A DNA stretch of 7,819 bases from the IMG/VR virus record IMGVR_UViG_2547132252_000009; one strand, given 5' to 3'. The DNA is from a virus. Its lineage: Duplodnaviria > Heunggongvirae > Uroviricota > Caudoviricetes. Of the stretch, positions 1 through 5,677 are shown piece by piece. The notes under the pieces were generated by a model. That model saw only the letters and a list, made by a program, of their open reading frames with translations. It was not told where the DNA came from and ran no database searches. How positions within the stretch are numbered: position 1 is the first letter of the stretch; each line of letters opens with the position of its first letter. A program made the translations under genes and the position numbers.

Positions 1-442
1 CCGGTGCTTGTTCAGCTCCCGCAGCGCGGCGCAGACTCGCTCCCACTTCTGAACATCACTTTTCGCCCTGCGCAGCGCCAGGTTTGCCCTGCGAAGGGAC
101 GGAAAAATCAGCTCATCTGCTTGCGTTTCGGTAAACGATGGCAACGGCTGCACAATGTCCGCCACAGTTTCTGTTTTAATTTCTTCCTGTGTTGCGGCTT
201 CCCGGACTGGTAACGCAGCACCTGCTGGCTGAGGAAAGGCCTTACCATCACTTTCCGTTACCAGCGCGGCTTTCGGCTCTGCTGGTAAATTATCGCCCGG
301 CATGCAGTAACGAAATTTACCGTTCTGATTAACGCGTGCCAGCCGCCCCGTTGCGGTTACCACCGCCAGCGTGGAAGCAACCTTGCGAGTACTGACACCG
401 AACTTACCCGCCAGTTCCTCACACGTTTTAGCCCCATCCTGA
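1..442 (-). pseudogene. 3' portion of a disrupted hypothetical prophage ORF; open to the window edge, separated from its 5' part by the lox-like insertion and duplication
   Basis: Hand translation of the minus strand from 442 to 1 in the frame that continues the 467..940 ORF (using the copy-1 version of the repeat) gives a stop-free, protein-like reading (...[64 protein letters not shown]...). No start codon of its own is evident. Confidence 0.5.
261..442. repeat. Direct repeat copy 1 (~182 bp) of a gene-internal segment; carries gtaacg at 307-312
   Basis: 261-442 is near-identical to 485-665; the only internal difference seen is one extra A (gtaacg here, gtacg in copy 2). Confidence 0.9.
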
Positions 443-446
443 TCGT

Positions 447-480
447 ATAACTTCGTATAATGTATGCTATACGAAGTCAT
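447..480. other. lox-type recombination site: 13-bp arm, 8-bp spacer, 13-bp arm; 33/34 identical to P1 loxP in inverted orientation
   Basis: ATAACTTCGTATA ATGTATGC TATACGAAGTcAT; canonical loxP reverse complement is ATAACTTCGTATA ATGTATGC TATACGAAGTTAT. Single mismatch at 478. Lies exactly between the two direct-repeat copies. Confidence 0.85.
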
Positions 481-940
481 TACGCCAGCGCGGCTTTCGG
501 CTCTGCTGGTAAATTATCGCCCGGCATGCAGTACGAAATTTACCGTTCTGATTAACGCGTGCCAGCCGCCCCGTTGCGGTTACCACCGCCAGCGTGGAAG
601 CAACCTTGCGAGTACTGACACCGAACTTACCCGCCAGTTCCTCACACGTTTTAGCCCCATCCTGACCGATAAACTCAATCATCATGTCTGCGGTAACTTT
701 TTGTTCGACCTCCCCGGTCAGCATATCCTGTGCTTCAGATTTTACTGGCCGCTCTTCGGTTACCCGGGATTCACCTTCGCCAGCCAGAAACCAGGTGTGA
801 CCAGTTTTATCAACGACGCCATTTATTTTGAGTTCCCACAGCTCGTTGACAGCCTCTTCACGACTGATTCCAAGGCGAGCTGCCACCACATGTGAAGAGG
901 CTTTTTTCAGTGCTTTCAGTGCGTCAGATACGGTTTCCAT
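467..940 (-). CDS. Hypothetical prophage protein, truncated: genuine N-terminal part, then frameshifted by the 1-bp deletion in repeat copy 2 and terminated by TAG inside the lox-like site
   Basis: ATG at 940-938 preceded by GGAGG (ccggaggaaattttaATG). N-terminal sequence has two helix-turn-helix-like segments. The last ~22 residues ([21 protein letters not shown]) differ from the copy-1 reading and end in the lox site. Confidence 0.6.
   Translation of the reverse strand: METVSDALKALKKASSHVVAARLGISREEAVNELWELKINGVVDKTGHTWFLAGEGESRVTEERPVKSEAQDMLTGEVEQKVTADMMIEFIGQDGAKTCEELAGKFGVSTRKVASTLAVVTATGRLARVNQNGKFRTACRAIIYQQSRKPRWRNDFV
485..665. repeat. Direct repeat copy 2 (~181 bp); 1-bp shorter than copy 1 (gtacg at 531-535)
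   Basis: Same sequence as 261-442 apart from a single-base deletion; the left boundary is ambiguous by 2-4 bp (tac-g-ccagcg versus tta-ccagcg). Confidence 0.9.
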
Positions 941-961
941 TAAAATTTCCTCCGGACAAAA

Positions 962-1708
962 TTACTTCACAACCCTCATATTGCTGACATTTGGACGCCA
1001 GCTATCCCAGTTAAACGTCACCCATCGACCACCGTTCATGGTCATGCGGTCCATAATCCTCTCACCAAGAAGTGTACTCATTGCGGCATGATTCAGGTTT
1101 GTTAACATCCCGACACTGCACAGTGATGCTGTCCGGCGATCAATTATCTGGTGTAATACCACCTGCTCGTTTTTCGTCTCCCGCTGAACGCCTATTTCAT
1201 CCAGGACCAGCAAATCAACACTGCAAAGCTCCTGTAAAAATTTTTCCCCGGATTTGCCGTTGTCGTAGCTGTCATGCAACACGCTCATGACATCAGACAC
1301 GGTGACGATAATCACGCTGCGCCCCTTCGCCATCAGCCGGTTACCCATCGCCGCTGCAAGGTGATTTTTCCCGGTGCCGGTTTTACCGCTGAACACAAAA
1401 TTCGTGCACCCGGTCATCAGTTCGTCAGCTATGGATTTGGCCTGGCTCAGCGCGTATTTTAGCCCGTCGTTCTGCACCTGATAATTCGCAAACGAGCATT
1501 TGCTGTGCAGAGGCTGGATGCCCGAACGATTCAGGATTTTTTCCACCCGCAACTGGTGATTCTGGCGGTTAATCTCCTCGCTGCGTTTTCGTCCTTCAGC
1601 AAGTTGCCATTCCCGCCACTCCTCCACCGTCCGGTACGGTGGAACCGACGCCTGTGGTGCAAGTCTGCGAATACGTTCAAGAACCCCGGCTGCCGCAATG
1701 TTTTTCAT
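962..1708 (-). CDS. DnaC-like replicative helicase loader (AAA+ ATPase), prophage paralog
   Basis: 248 aa; Walker A FSGKTGTGKNHLAAAMGN, Walker B DLLVLDEIG, C-terminal VTFNWDSWR; collinear similarity to E. coli DnaC as I recall it (NRSGI.PLH..CSF.NY, GMLTN.N...M..LLGER.MDRM). Confidence 0.9.
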   Translation of the reverse strand: MKNIAAAGVLERIRRLAPQASVPPYRTVEEWREWQLAEGRKRSEEINRQNHQLRVEKILNRSGIQPLHSKCSFANYQVQNDGLKYALSQAKSIADELMTGCTNFVFSGKTGTGKNHLAAAMGNRLMAKGRSVIIVTVSDVMSVLHDSYDNGKSGEKFLQELCSVDLLVLDEIGVQRETKNEQVVLHQIIDRRTASLCSVGMLTNLNHAAMSTLLGERIMDRMTMNGGRWVTFNWDSWRPNVSNMRVVK

Positions 1709-1714
1709 GCCACA

Positions 1715-2164
1715 TCACCCCCTGAATCCCGGCGGAATTTCGGTATCCGGTTCAGAAATATGATTCACACAACGCTGGTTGTTCGTGCCGCTTACCGGGA
1801 GCAACCAGGGGTTTTCAAAATTCCGGTCCGGCCCAAAAAACGTCGTCGCTCGCTGAACAAATTCCGTTCCCGCTTTCCCGGTCGCCGCCAGGTATCTCGC
1901 GTAACGCCTCACACCATCCAGCATGGTCTCTGGTGGCACCCCCTCGCGCAATCTGGCCTTCCAGGCACTGAAAGCGGATTTCTTCGGGTTTGCCCCAGCA
2001 CGCAACGGGTATTCCCGCCAGACCTGTTCGAACACATCCGGATAATCCACTCGTCCCACAGACTGCCCGGTGCTTTCCGGGACTACCCGATCGGCTTCCC
2101 GCTGAATGGCGGAATCGGCTTCAGGCTGCTGCAGTTGGTGTGATTGCTCCGACCCTGCGGTCAT
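1715..2164 (-). CDS. DnaT-like (primosomal protein I C-terminal domain-like) protein
   Basis: C-terminus VNHISEPDTEIPPGFRG matches the DnaT C-terminus (VNTVSEPDSQIPPGFRG) as I recall it. ATG at 2164-2162 overlaps the upstream TGA (TGATG). Lies immediately upstream of the dnaC-like gene (6-bp gap), mirroring the host dnaT-dnaC operon. The ORF track starts at GTG 2176; the same frame is open upstream to 2341. Confidence 0.7.
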   Translation of the reverse strand: MTAGSEQSHQLQQPEADSAIQREADRVVPESTGQSVGRVDYPDVFEQVWREYPLRAGANPKKSAFSAWKARLREGVPPETMLDGVRRYARYLAATGKAGTEFVQRATTFFGPDRNFENPWLLPVSGTNNQRCVNHISEPDTEIPPGFRG

Positions 2165-2916
2165 CACCTGCTGCACAGCGCCCGAATCGGCTTCCGGTGT
2201 CGTGCCTGCTGGCTGACCAGGATTGACGGTCTGAACATCCCCTGCCTGGTTCGTGGTGTTTTTTTGCCATGAACCATAGTGTTTTTGTCCTGTTCCTGTT
2301 CTTTCTCCTGCTCCTGTTCCTGTTCTTGGCTTCGAAGCCCCTTAAAAGCCCCTTCGAAGCCCCTTACCGAATTTCGGCTATTATTCCGCCTCACATCCAG
2401 ATGGAAATCCGTTTTATATCTGTCGTAAAACACTGACAGAAAAGCGTTTTCAGGTAATGATGCATACTCATTCCTGACACCTGCACAACGGTTATCGCCA
2501 GGCTTCAACGTTTCCCCAACCTGCCAGGCTGCCATTTCATGGACCCAGACCATCTCTGCATCATGGTCATAGCTACAAAAACCAGCTTCAACAGCCCTTT
2601 TAAGCCCCTTTGAAGCCCCTTCCAGACCAAGCCCGGTTTCATGAGCAAGGTATAAAACTGGCAGGTAATACAAACCCAGCATATTTGCGTGAGGGGATGT
2701 CATCAGGTAAAAAGCAACAACTTGCGCTTCTGCACCCGCCTTTCTAAGTTCTCTCCCCGTTTCTCCCAGCCAGAATCGCGGAGAAACTTTTGCGTAATCA
2801 CGCATGGCTACCTCATCTGGTGCCGAACCTTCCTCCGGATATAATCTGTGGTTCCCAATCGACAGAACCAGAGGAGGTTCGACATGTATTTTTTGAAAAG
2901 CCTTTATCAGGCTCAT
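2164..2916 (-). CDS. Putative phage replication initiator (O-like replisome organizer), N-terminal domain plus (EQ)n linker; possibly the 5' part of a frameshifted initiator-DnaT fusion
   Basis: 250-aa ORF with internal repeats GLEGASKGLKRA / GFEGAFKGLRS and an EQEQEQEKEQEQ linker. After the A7 run the tail is arginine-rich and junk-like. Alternative start ATG at 2805 with GAGG 5 nt upstream (MRDYAKV...); ATG at 2916 has no clear SD. Confidence 0.6.
   Translation of the reverse strand: MSLIKAFQKIHVEPPLVLSIGNHRLYPEEGSAPDEVAMRDYAKVSPRFWLGETGRELRKAGAEAQVVAFYLMTSPHANMLGLYYLPVLYLAHETGLGLEGASKGLKRAVEAGFCSYDHDAEMVWVHEMAAWQVGETLKPGDNRCAGVRNEYASLPENAFLSVFYDRYKTDFHLDVRRNNSRNSVRGFEGAFKGLRSQEQEQEQEKEQEQDKNTMVHGKKTPRTRQGMFRPSILVSQQARHRKPIRALCSR
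2285..2366. repeat. Imperfect hexamer repeat (TCCTGT)n at 2285-2326 followed by three tandem 11-bp iteron-like units T(C/A)(G/A)AAGCCCCT at 2332-2364
   Basis: Read directly: tcctgt tcctgt tctttc tcctgc tcctgt tcctgt, then tcgaagcccct taaaagcccct tcgaagcccct, at helical-turn spacing. Confidence 0.7.
2593..2623. repeat. Second cluster of three tandem 10-11 bp AGCCCCTT-type repeats
   Basis: agccctttta agcccctttga agccccttcc; same core as the 2332-2364 cluster, about 260 bp away, inside the initiator ORF. Confidence 0.6.
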
Positions 2917-3339
2917 GTATTAAATGTTGCAGCAACAAACCGCTGGTGTAACAGCCCCGAAATGCTCCCGGATTACAGAGCCTGGCTGCGCGCCGAAACA
3001 TACCTTCGTCTCGACATATTGATTAGCGAACTTCAAAAAGAGACTGCATCCATTCATAACCTTCAGGGTATCGACGCTGTTCGCATTCTGGTATCGCGCC
3101 ATAGTGCTCTCTCAATAATTGAAGTGCGTCATCTCTCTTTTTCTGAACTGATTTTCTTGCTTCAACCAGCTCTGGAATCAGCGAATATCCCGCCGGAAGT
3201 GATCCAATACCCACCTCATGTTGACGAGCAGTTACAAGATGTGCCATACAACCAGCGTGCTGGATTGACTCCCTGCTCAGAGGCTGAATGGGATCACTCT
3301 CTGCTGAAGAAATACCAAGATTTGTATAATCCTCAATAA
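2884..3339 (+). CDS. Alternative hypothetical ORF (151 aa) antisense to 3023..3532
   Basis: ATG 2884 preceded by perfect AGGAGG at 2872-2877 with 6-nt spacing. Protein is Leu/Ser/Ile-rich, as antisense ORFs often are; orientation is opposite to the surrounding operon. Confidence 0.25.
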   Translation: MYFLKSLYQAHVLNVAATNRWCNSPEMLPDYRAWLRAETYLRLDILISELQKETASIHNLQGIDAVRILVSRHSALSIIEVRHLSFSELIFLLQPALESANIPPEVIQYPPHVDEQLQDVPYNQRAGLTPCSEAEWDHSLLKKYQDLYNPQ

Positions 3340-3532
3340 GCCCGGCACACGCTTCTGCATCAGCCAGCTTTATTCTGGTTTCCTTGCGCTGTTCTCTGGC
3401 TGACAAACGCCAGAGCAGCGCATTAGCTTTATGTATCAACCACTCTGCCAGCTCCACATCAGATAAACCGCCACGCCAGATGTGCGGACTGTTTTCGTAA
3501 ACGCTCAGTGTCAATTTTTTGTCATTACTCAT
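3023..3532 (-). CDS. Hypothetical protein (169 aa) between the ydaT-like gene and the replication initiator
   Basis: ORF in operon orientation with ydaS/ydaT/initiator; balanced charged/hydrophobic composition. Start taken as ATG 3532 (MSNDKKLTLSV...), weak SD; the track's GTG start at 3583 would overlap ydaT. Competes with the antisense plus-strand ORF 2884..3339. Confidence 0.5.
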   Translation of the reverse strand: MSNDKKLTLSVYENSPHIWRGGLSDVELAEWLIHKANALLWRLSAREQRKETRIKLADAEACAGLIEDYTNLGISSAESDPIQPLSRESIQHAGCMAHLVTARQHEVGIGSLPAGYSLIPELVEARKSVQKKRDDALQLLREHYGAIPECEQRRYPEGYEWMQSLFEVR

Positions 3533-3545
3533 ATTTATTACCCAA

Positions 3546-3971
3546 TTAATGCACAGCCAGAGTGTTTCCTGCCGGGCCACCACGATTCATCTGATCGAAC
3601 AGAACGATCGCTGATGCAACGAAATCATCAATATCTTTCACCAGCCGTTCCTTCGTCTCTACCAACTCCCGAAAATAAGCGGAACTGTGGCTGCGCATTC
3701 GGGCCACCAGCGGAGGCGGCATCGCTTTTTCGATCGCTGGTAACAACGCCTGAATTTTTTTAACCGCATCAGGAGTGTCTTTCTCCACCCAGCGGAAAAT
3801 TTTCTGAGTATTGCGAGCCATGGCTTCCGGATGGCTGTCGTCATACAGTTCCGGGAACGTCATTCCCAGCTCGAAATACGCTTTGGTAATTTTCGCAGCC
3901 GGTACTTTTTCGCCGTCCGGATGCGCCCAGGCATTCATCGCCATGCGGATGTGTTCATGCTTGATTTTCAT
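3546..3971 (-). CDS. ydaT: YdaT-like protein (CII-like regulator / putative toxin family)
   Basis: 141 aa starting MKIKHEHIR..., recalled as the Rac YdaT N-terminus; sits directly downstream of the Cro-like gene with a 17-bp overlap; GGAG 9 nt upstream of the ATG. Confidence 0.75.
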   Translation of the reverse strand: MKIKHEHIRMAMNAWAHPDGEKVPAAKITKAYFELGMTFPELYDDSHPEAMARNTQKIFRWVEKDTPDAVKKIQALLPAIEKAMPPPLVARMRSHSSAYFRELVETKERLVKDIDDFVASAIVLFDQMNRGGPAGNTLAVH

Positions 3972-4227
3972 GAATCAACTCCGGCGCATTTGATGTGTTA
4001 ACCTTACATCCAACAGGTAAACCGTCGGTTGGGTTAGGATAAATATCTGGGCGGATTTCATGCGGGGTAACTTCCCACTTCATTAGTTGGCATAACGGAA
4101 TTACCTGCTTTGGGGGAACGCCAAAGCTAAACCATTGCCAAACAGTCTGTTGAGCGACCCCCATATAACGACCTATTTCAGCCTGAGTGTATTTCTGCCT
4201 AATTTTTTCGCGAGTGCTATCTAGCAT
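3955..4227 (-). CDS. ydaS: Cro-like HTH regulator (YdaS-like)
   Basis: 90 aa; HTH motif AEIGRYMGVAQQTVWQW; ATG 4227 preceded by GGAGG (5-nt spacer); divergent from the repressor gene across the operator region. Confidence 0.8.
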   Translation of the reverse strand: MLDSTREKIRQKYTQAEIGRYMGVAQQTVWQWFSFGVPPKQVIPLCQLMKWEVTPHEIRPDIYPNPTDGLPVGCKVNTSNAPELIHENQA

Positions 4228-4260
4228 TTTGCCCTCCTCTAAAAACTATAAGCAAAGCCT

Positions 4261-4299
4261 ACAATAAAAAACTGTATGCAATCAACAGTTTTTTATTGT
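4261..4299. promoter_or_regulatory. Operator: perfect 15-bp inverted repeat ACAATAAAAAACTGT / ACAGTTTTTTATTGT with 9-bp spacer, in the divergent ydaS / repressor intergenic region
   Basis: 4261-4275 is the exact reverse complement of 4285-4299. A further ACAG/CTGT mini-palindrome lies at 4306-4328. Candidate -10 TATAGT for ydaS (minus strand, 4243-4248) and TAAAAT (4324-4329) for the repressor gene. Confidence 0.7.
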
Positions 4300-4335
4300 G
4301 ATGCTTTTAACAGTATTTACCTGTAAAATTGAATA

Positions 4336-4737
4336 ATGATGAGCGCCCTAGAAGTATCTATGTACAGAATCAGCAAGCTTCTTCAGGAAACTGGATGGAG
4401 CCAGGCTGAGCTTGCCCGTAGAATTGGTGTGACACAACAAACTGTTCAACAATGGGTCAGCGGTAAGGCTACACCTAAAGCCTCAAGTTTGGATAAACTG
4501 GTTGAGGTTTCAGGGCATCCATTGCATTGGTTTTTATTGCCTCCTGAAGAGTGTGAGCAAATTTTCACCCCTGACACGATGAAAATTGGTCCTCGCCAAC
4601 GCGAACTGCTCCAAGCTTTTAGTGCGTTTCCTGAGGAAGACCAAGAAAAAATGCTTCAAGAAATCAAAGACAAGAAAAAATCAATGGAAGAAACCATTGC
4701 TAGGTGGCTGGCGGCACAAAAAAGCCGCCGGGCGTGA
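4336..4737 (+). CDS. paaR2: CI-like XRE-family repressor, PaaR2-like
   Basis: 133 aa; HTH SQAELARRIGVTQQTVQQWVSG; first gene of a three-gene operon with a small antitoxin and a ParE toxin; divergent from the Cro-like gene. Confidence 0.8.
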   Translation: MMSALEVSMYRISKLLQETGWSQAELARRIGVTQQTVQQWVSGKATPKASSLDKLVEVSGHPLHWFLLPPEECEQIFTPDTMKIGPRQRELLQAFSAFPEEDQEKMLQEIKDKKKSMEETIARWLAAQKSRRA

Positions 4738-4764
4738 CCACAGTACAAGAAGAGGAGTTATGCC

Positions 4765-4956
4765 ATGGGTACAGCCCTTTCTCCGATAGTTTCAGAATTC
4801 GAAACTACCGAACAAGAAAACAGTTACAACGAATGGTTGCGCACTAAAGTAACGTCAAGCCTTGCAGACACTCGCCCCGCAATTCCACATGACGAGGTAA
4901 TGGCTGAAATGGAAAATCTTATTGCTCAAATTGCTGTAACTAACAAGAGCGAGTAA
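4765..4956 (+). CDS. paaA2: Small acidic antitoxin, PaaA2-like
   Basis: 63 aa, acidic; GAGGAG 6 nt upstream of ATG 4765; its stop overlaps the toxin start (TAATG). Confidence 0.8.
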   Translation: MGTALSPIVSEFETTEQENSYNEWLRTKVTSSLADTRPAIPHDEVMAEMENLIAQIAVTNKSE

Positions 4957-5243
4957 TGTTACCCATTTTATGGCTACCGTCTGCTCGCGATGATTTGCGC
5001 CAGATCATAACTTACATCGCCAAGGAGAACCCACCGGCAGCACGTAGACTAAAAATACGCATTGAAACATCGGTATTACCTCTATCTGAGCATCCGTACT
5101 TATATCCACCAAGCGAACGGGTTTCTGGATTGAGAGAGATCGTGACCCACCCTAACTACATAATCCTGTACAGAGTAGCTGCTTCAAGCATTGAGATTGT
5201 AAGCGTGACACATTCTCGGCGACAATTTCCCTTCTCTATCTGA
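4956..5243 (+). CDS. parE2: ParE/RelE-superfamily toxin, ParE2-like
   Basis: 95 aa; ParE-like N-terminus MLPILWLPSARDDLRQIITYIAKENPPAARRL; translationally coupled to the upstream antitoxin. Confidence 0.85.
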   Translation: MLPILWLPSARDDLRQIITYIAKENPPAARRLKIRIETSVLPLSEHPYLYPPSERVSGLREIVTHPNYIILYRVAASSIEIVSVTHSRRQFPFSI

Positions 5244-5261
5244 GTTGAACAATTTTCATAC

Positions 5262-5284
5262 TCCCTCTTTCGAGGGATTTTTTT
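5262..5284 (+). terminator. Rho-independent terminator after parE2
   Basis: tccctc-tttc-gaggga hairpin (6-bp stem, 4-nt loop) followed by a T7 run at 5278-5284. Confidence 0.6.
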
Positions 5285-5294
5285 GCCCAAAACA

Positions 5295-5334
5295 ACAATT
5301 AAAAACTGTTGACACAAAAACAGTTTTTTATTGT
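5295..5334. promoter_or_regulatory. Second operator copy (ACAATTAAAAACTGT, 10-bp spacer, ACAGTTTTTTATTGT) with a perfect TTGACA -35 in the spacer, upstream of the ydfA operon
   Basis: Right half-site 5320-5334 is identical to 4285-4299; left half 14/15 identical; TTGACA at 5309-5314. A -10 is not clearly identifiable (TAGATT at 5335-5340 is too far). Confidence 0.55.
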
Positions 5335-5520
5335 AGATTACATACACCAACCACCCACCCCGCCCCACAGAACGCCGGGCAATACTTCGAGTTACCAAGC
5401 AGTGGTCAGGGGGTAAGTAGCCAGCCCGAGGCGTATGAACATGACGGCAGGGTTCAACTTTAATAACTATGCAGCAGGTTTTTGTTCCGCTACCCGGCGT
5501 TAAGGGGAAATGAGGTCAAC

Positions 5521-5676
5521 ATGGATACTATCGATCTTGGCAACAACGAATCTCTGGTGTACGGCGTGTTTCCCAACCAGGACGGTACATTCACCGCGAT
5601 GACGTATACCAAAAGCAAAACGTTTAAAACCGAAAATGGTGCCCGTCGCTGGCTGGAAAGAAACTCAGGTGAGTGA
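5521..5676 (+). CDS. ydfA: YdfA-like small protein (51 aa)
   Basis: ATG 5521 with GAGG 5 nt upstream; sequence MDTIDLGNNESLVYGVFPNQDGTFTAMTYTKSKTFKTENGARRWLERNSGE recalled as Qin YdfA. The track's longer ORF from 5482 is a likely N-terminal over-extension. Confidence 0.75.
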   Translation: MDTIDLGNNESLVYGVFPNQDGTFTAMTYTKSKTFKTENGARRWLERNSGE

Positions 5677-5677
5677 T

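Noticed and set aside
4-213. 69-aa plus-strand ORF at the window start
   Set aside because: Antisense to the stop-free minus-strand continuation of the disrupted gene; Cys/Phe/Arg-rich junk-like composition; no RBS.
464-1091. Plus-strand ORFs 464..895 and 828..1091
   Set aside because: Entirely antisense to the well-supported minus-strand ORF 467..940 and the dnaC-like gene; compositions typical of shadow ORFs.
1072-2226. Plus-strand ORFs 1072..1290, 1274..1462, 1505..2143 and 1990..2226
   Set aside because: All lie antisense to the DnaC-like and DnaT-like genes, which have strong motif support; Arg/Pro/His-rich shadow-frame composition.
2285-2366. CRISPR-like array
   Set aside because: Repeats are 6-11 bp tandem units without unique spacers, lie inside a coding region, and no cas genes are present.
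2813-3102. Minus-strand ORFs 2813..3001 and 2920..3102
   Set aside because: Short, out of frame with the neighbouring ORFs, Cys-rich and junk-like, with no RBS.
3482-3993. ORFs 3482..3763 (+), 3659..3844 (-) and 3811..3993 (+)
   Set aside because: Overlap the ydaT-like and ydaS-like genes in other frames or on the opposite strand; no RBS; junk-like composition.
4586-4789. 67-aa plus ORF overlapping the 3' end of the repressor gene
   Set aside because: Alternative frame of the repressor gene, extremely Lys/Arg-rich; the antitoxin start at 4765 with a strong SD explains this region.
5156-5463. ORFs 5156..5398 (-) and 5245..5463 (+) in the parE2-ydfA intergenic region
   Set aside because: The region contains a terminator hairpin, the operator palindrome and a -35 element; the ORFs lack an RBS and look non-coding.
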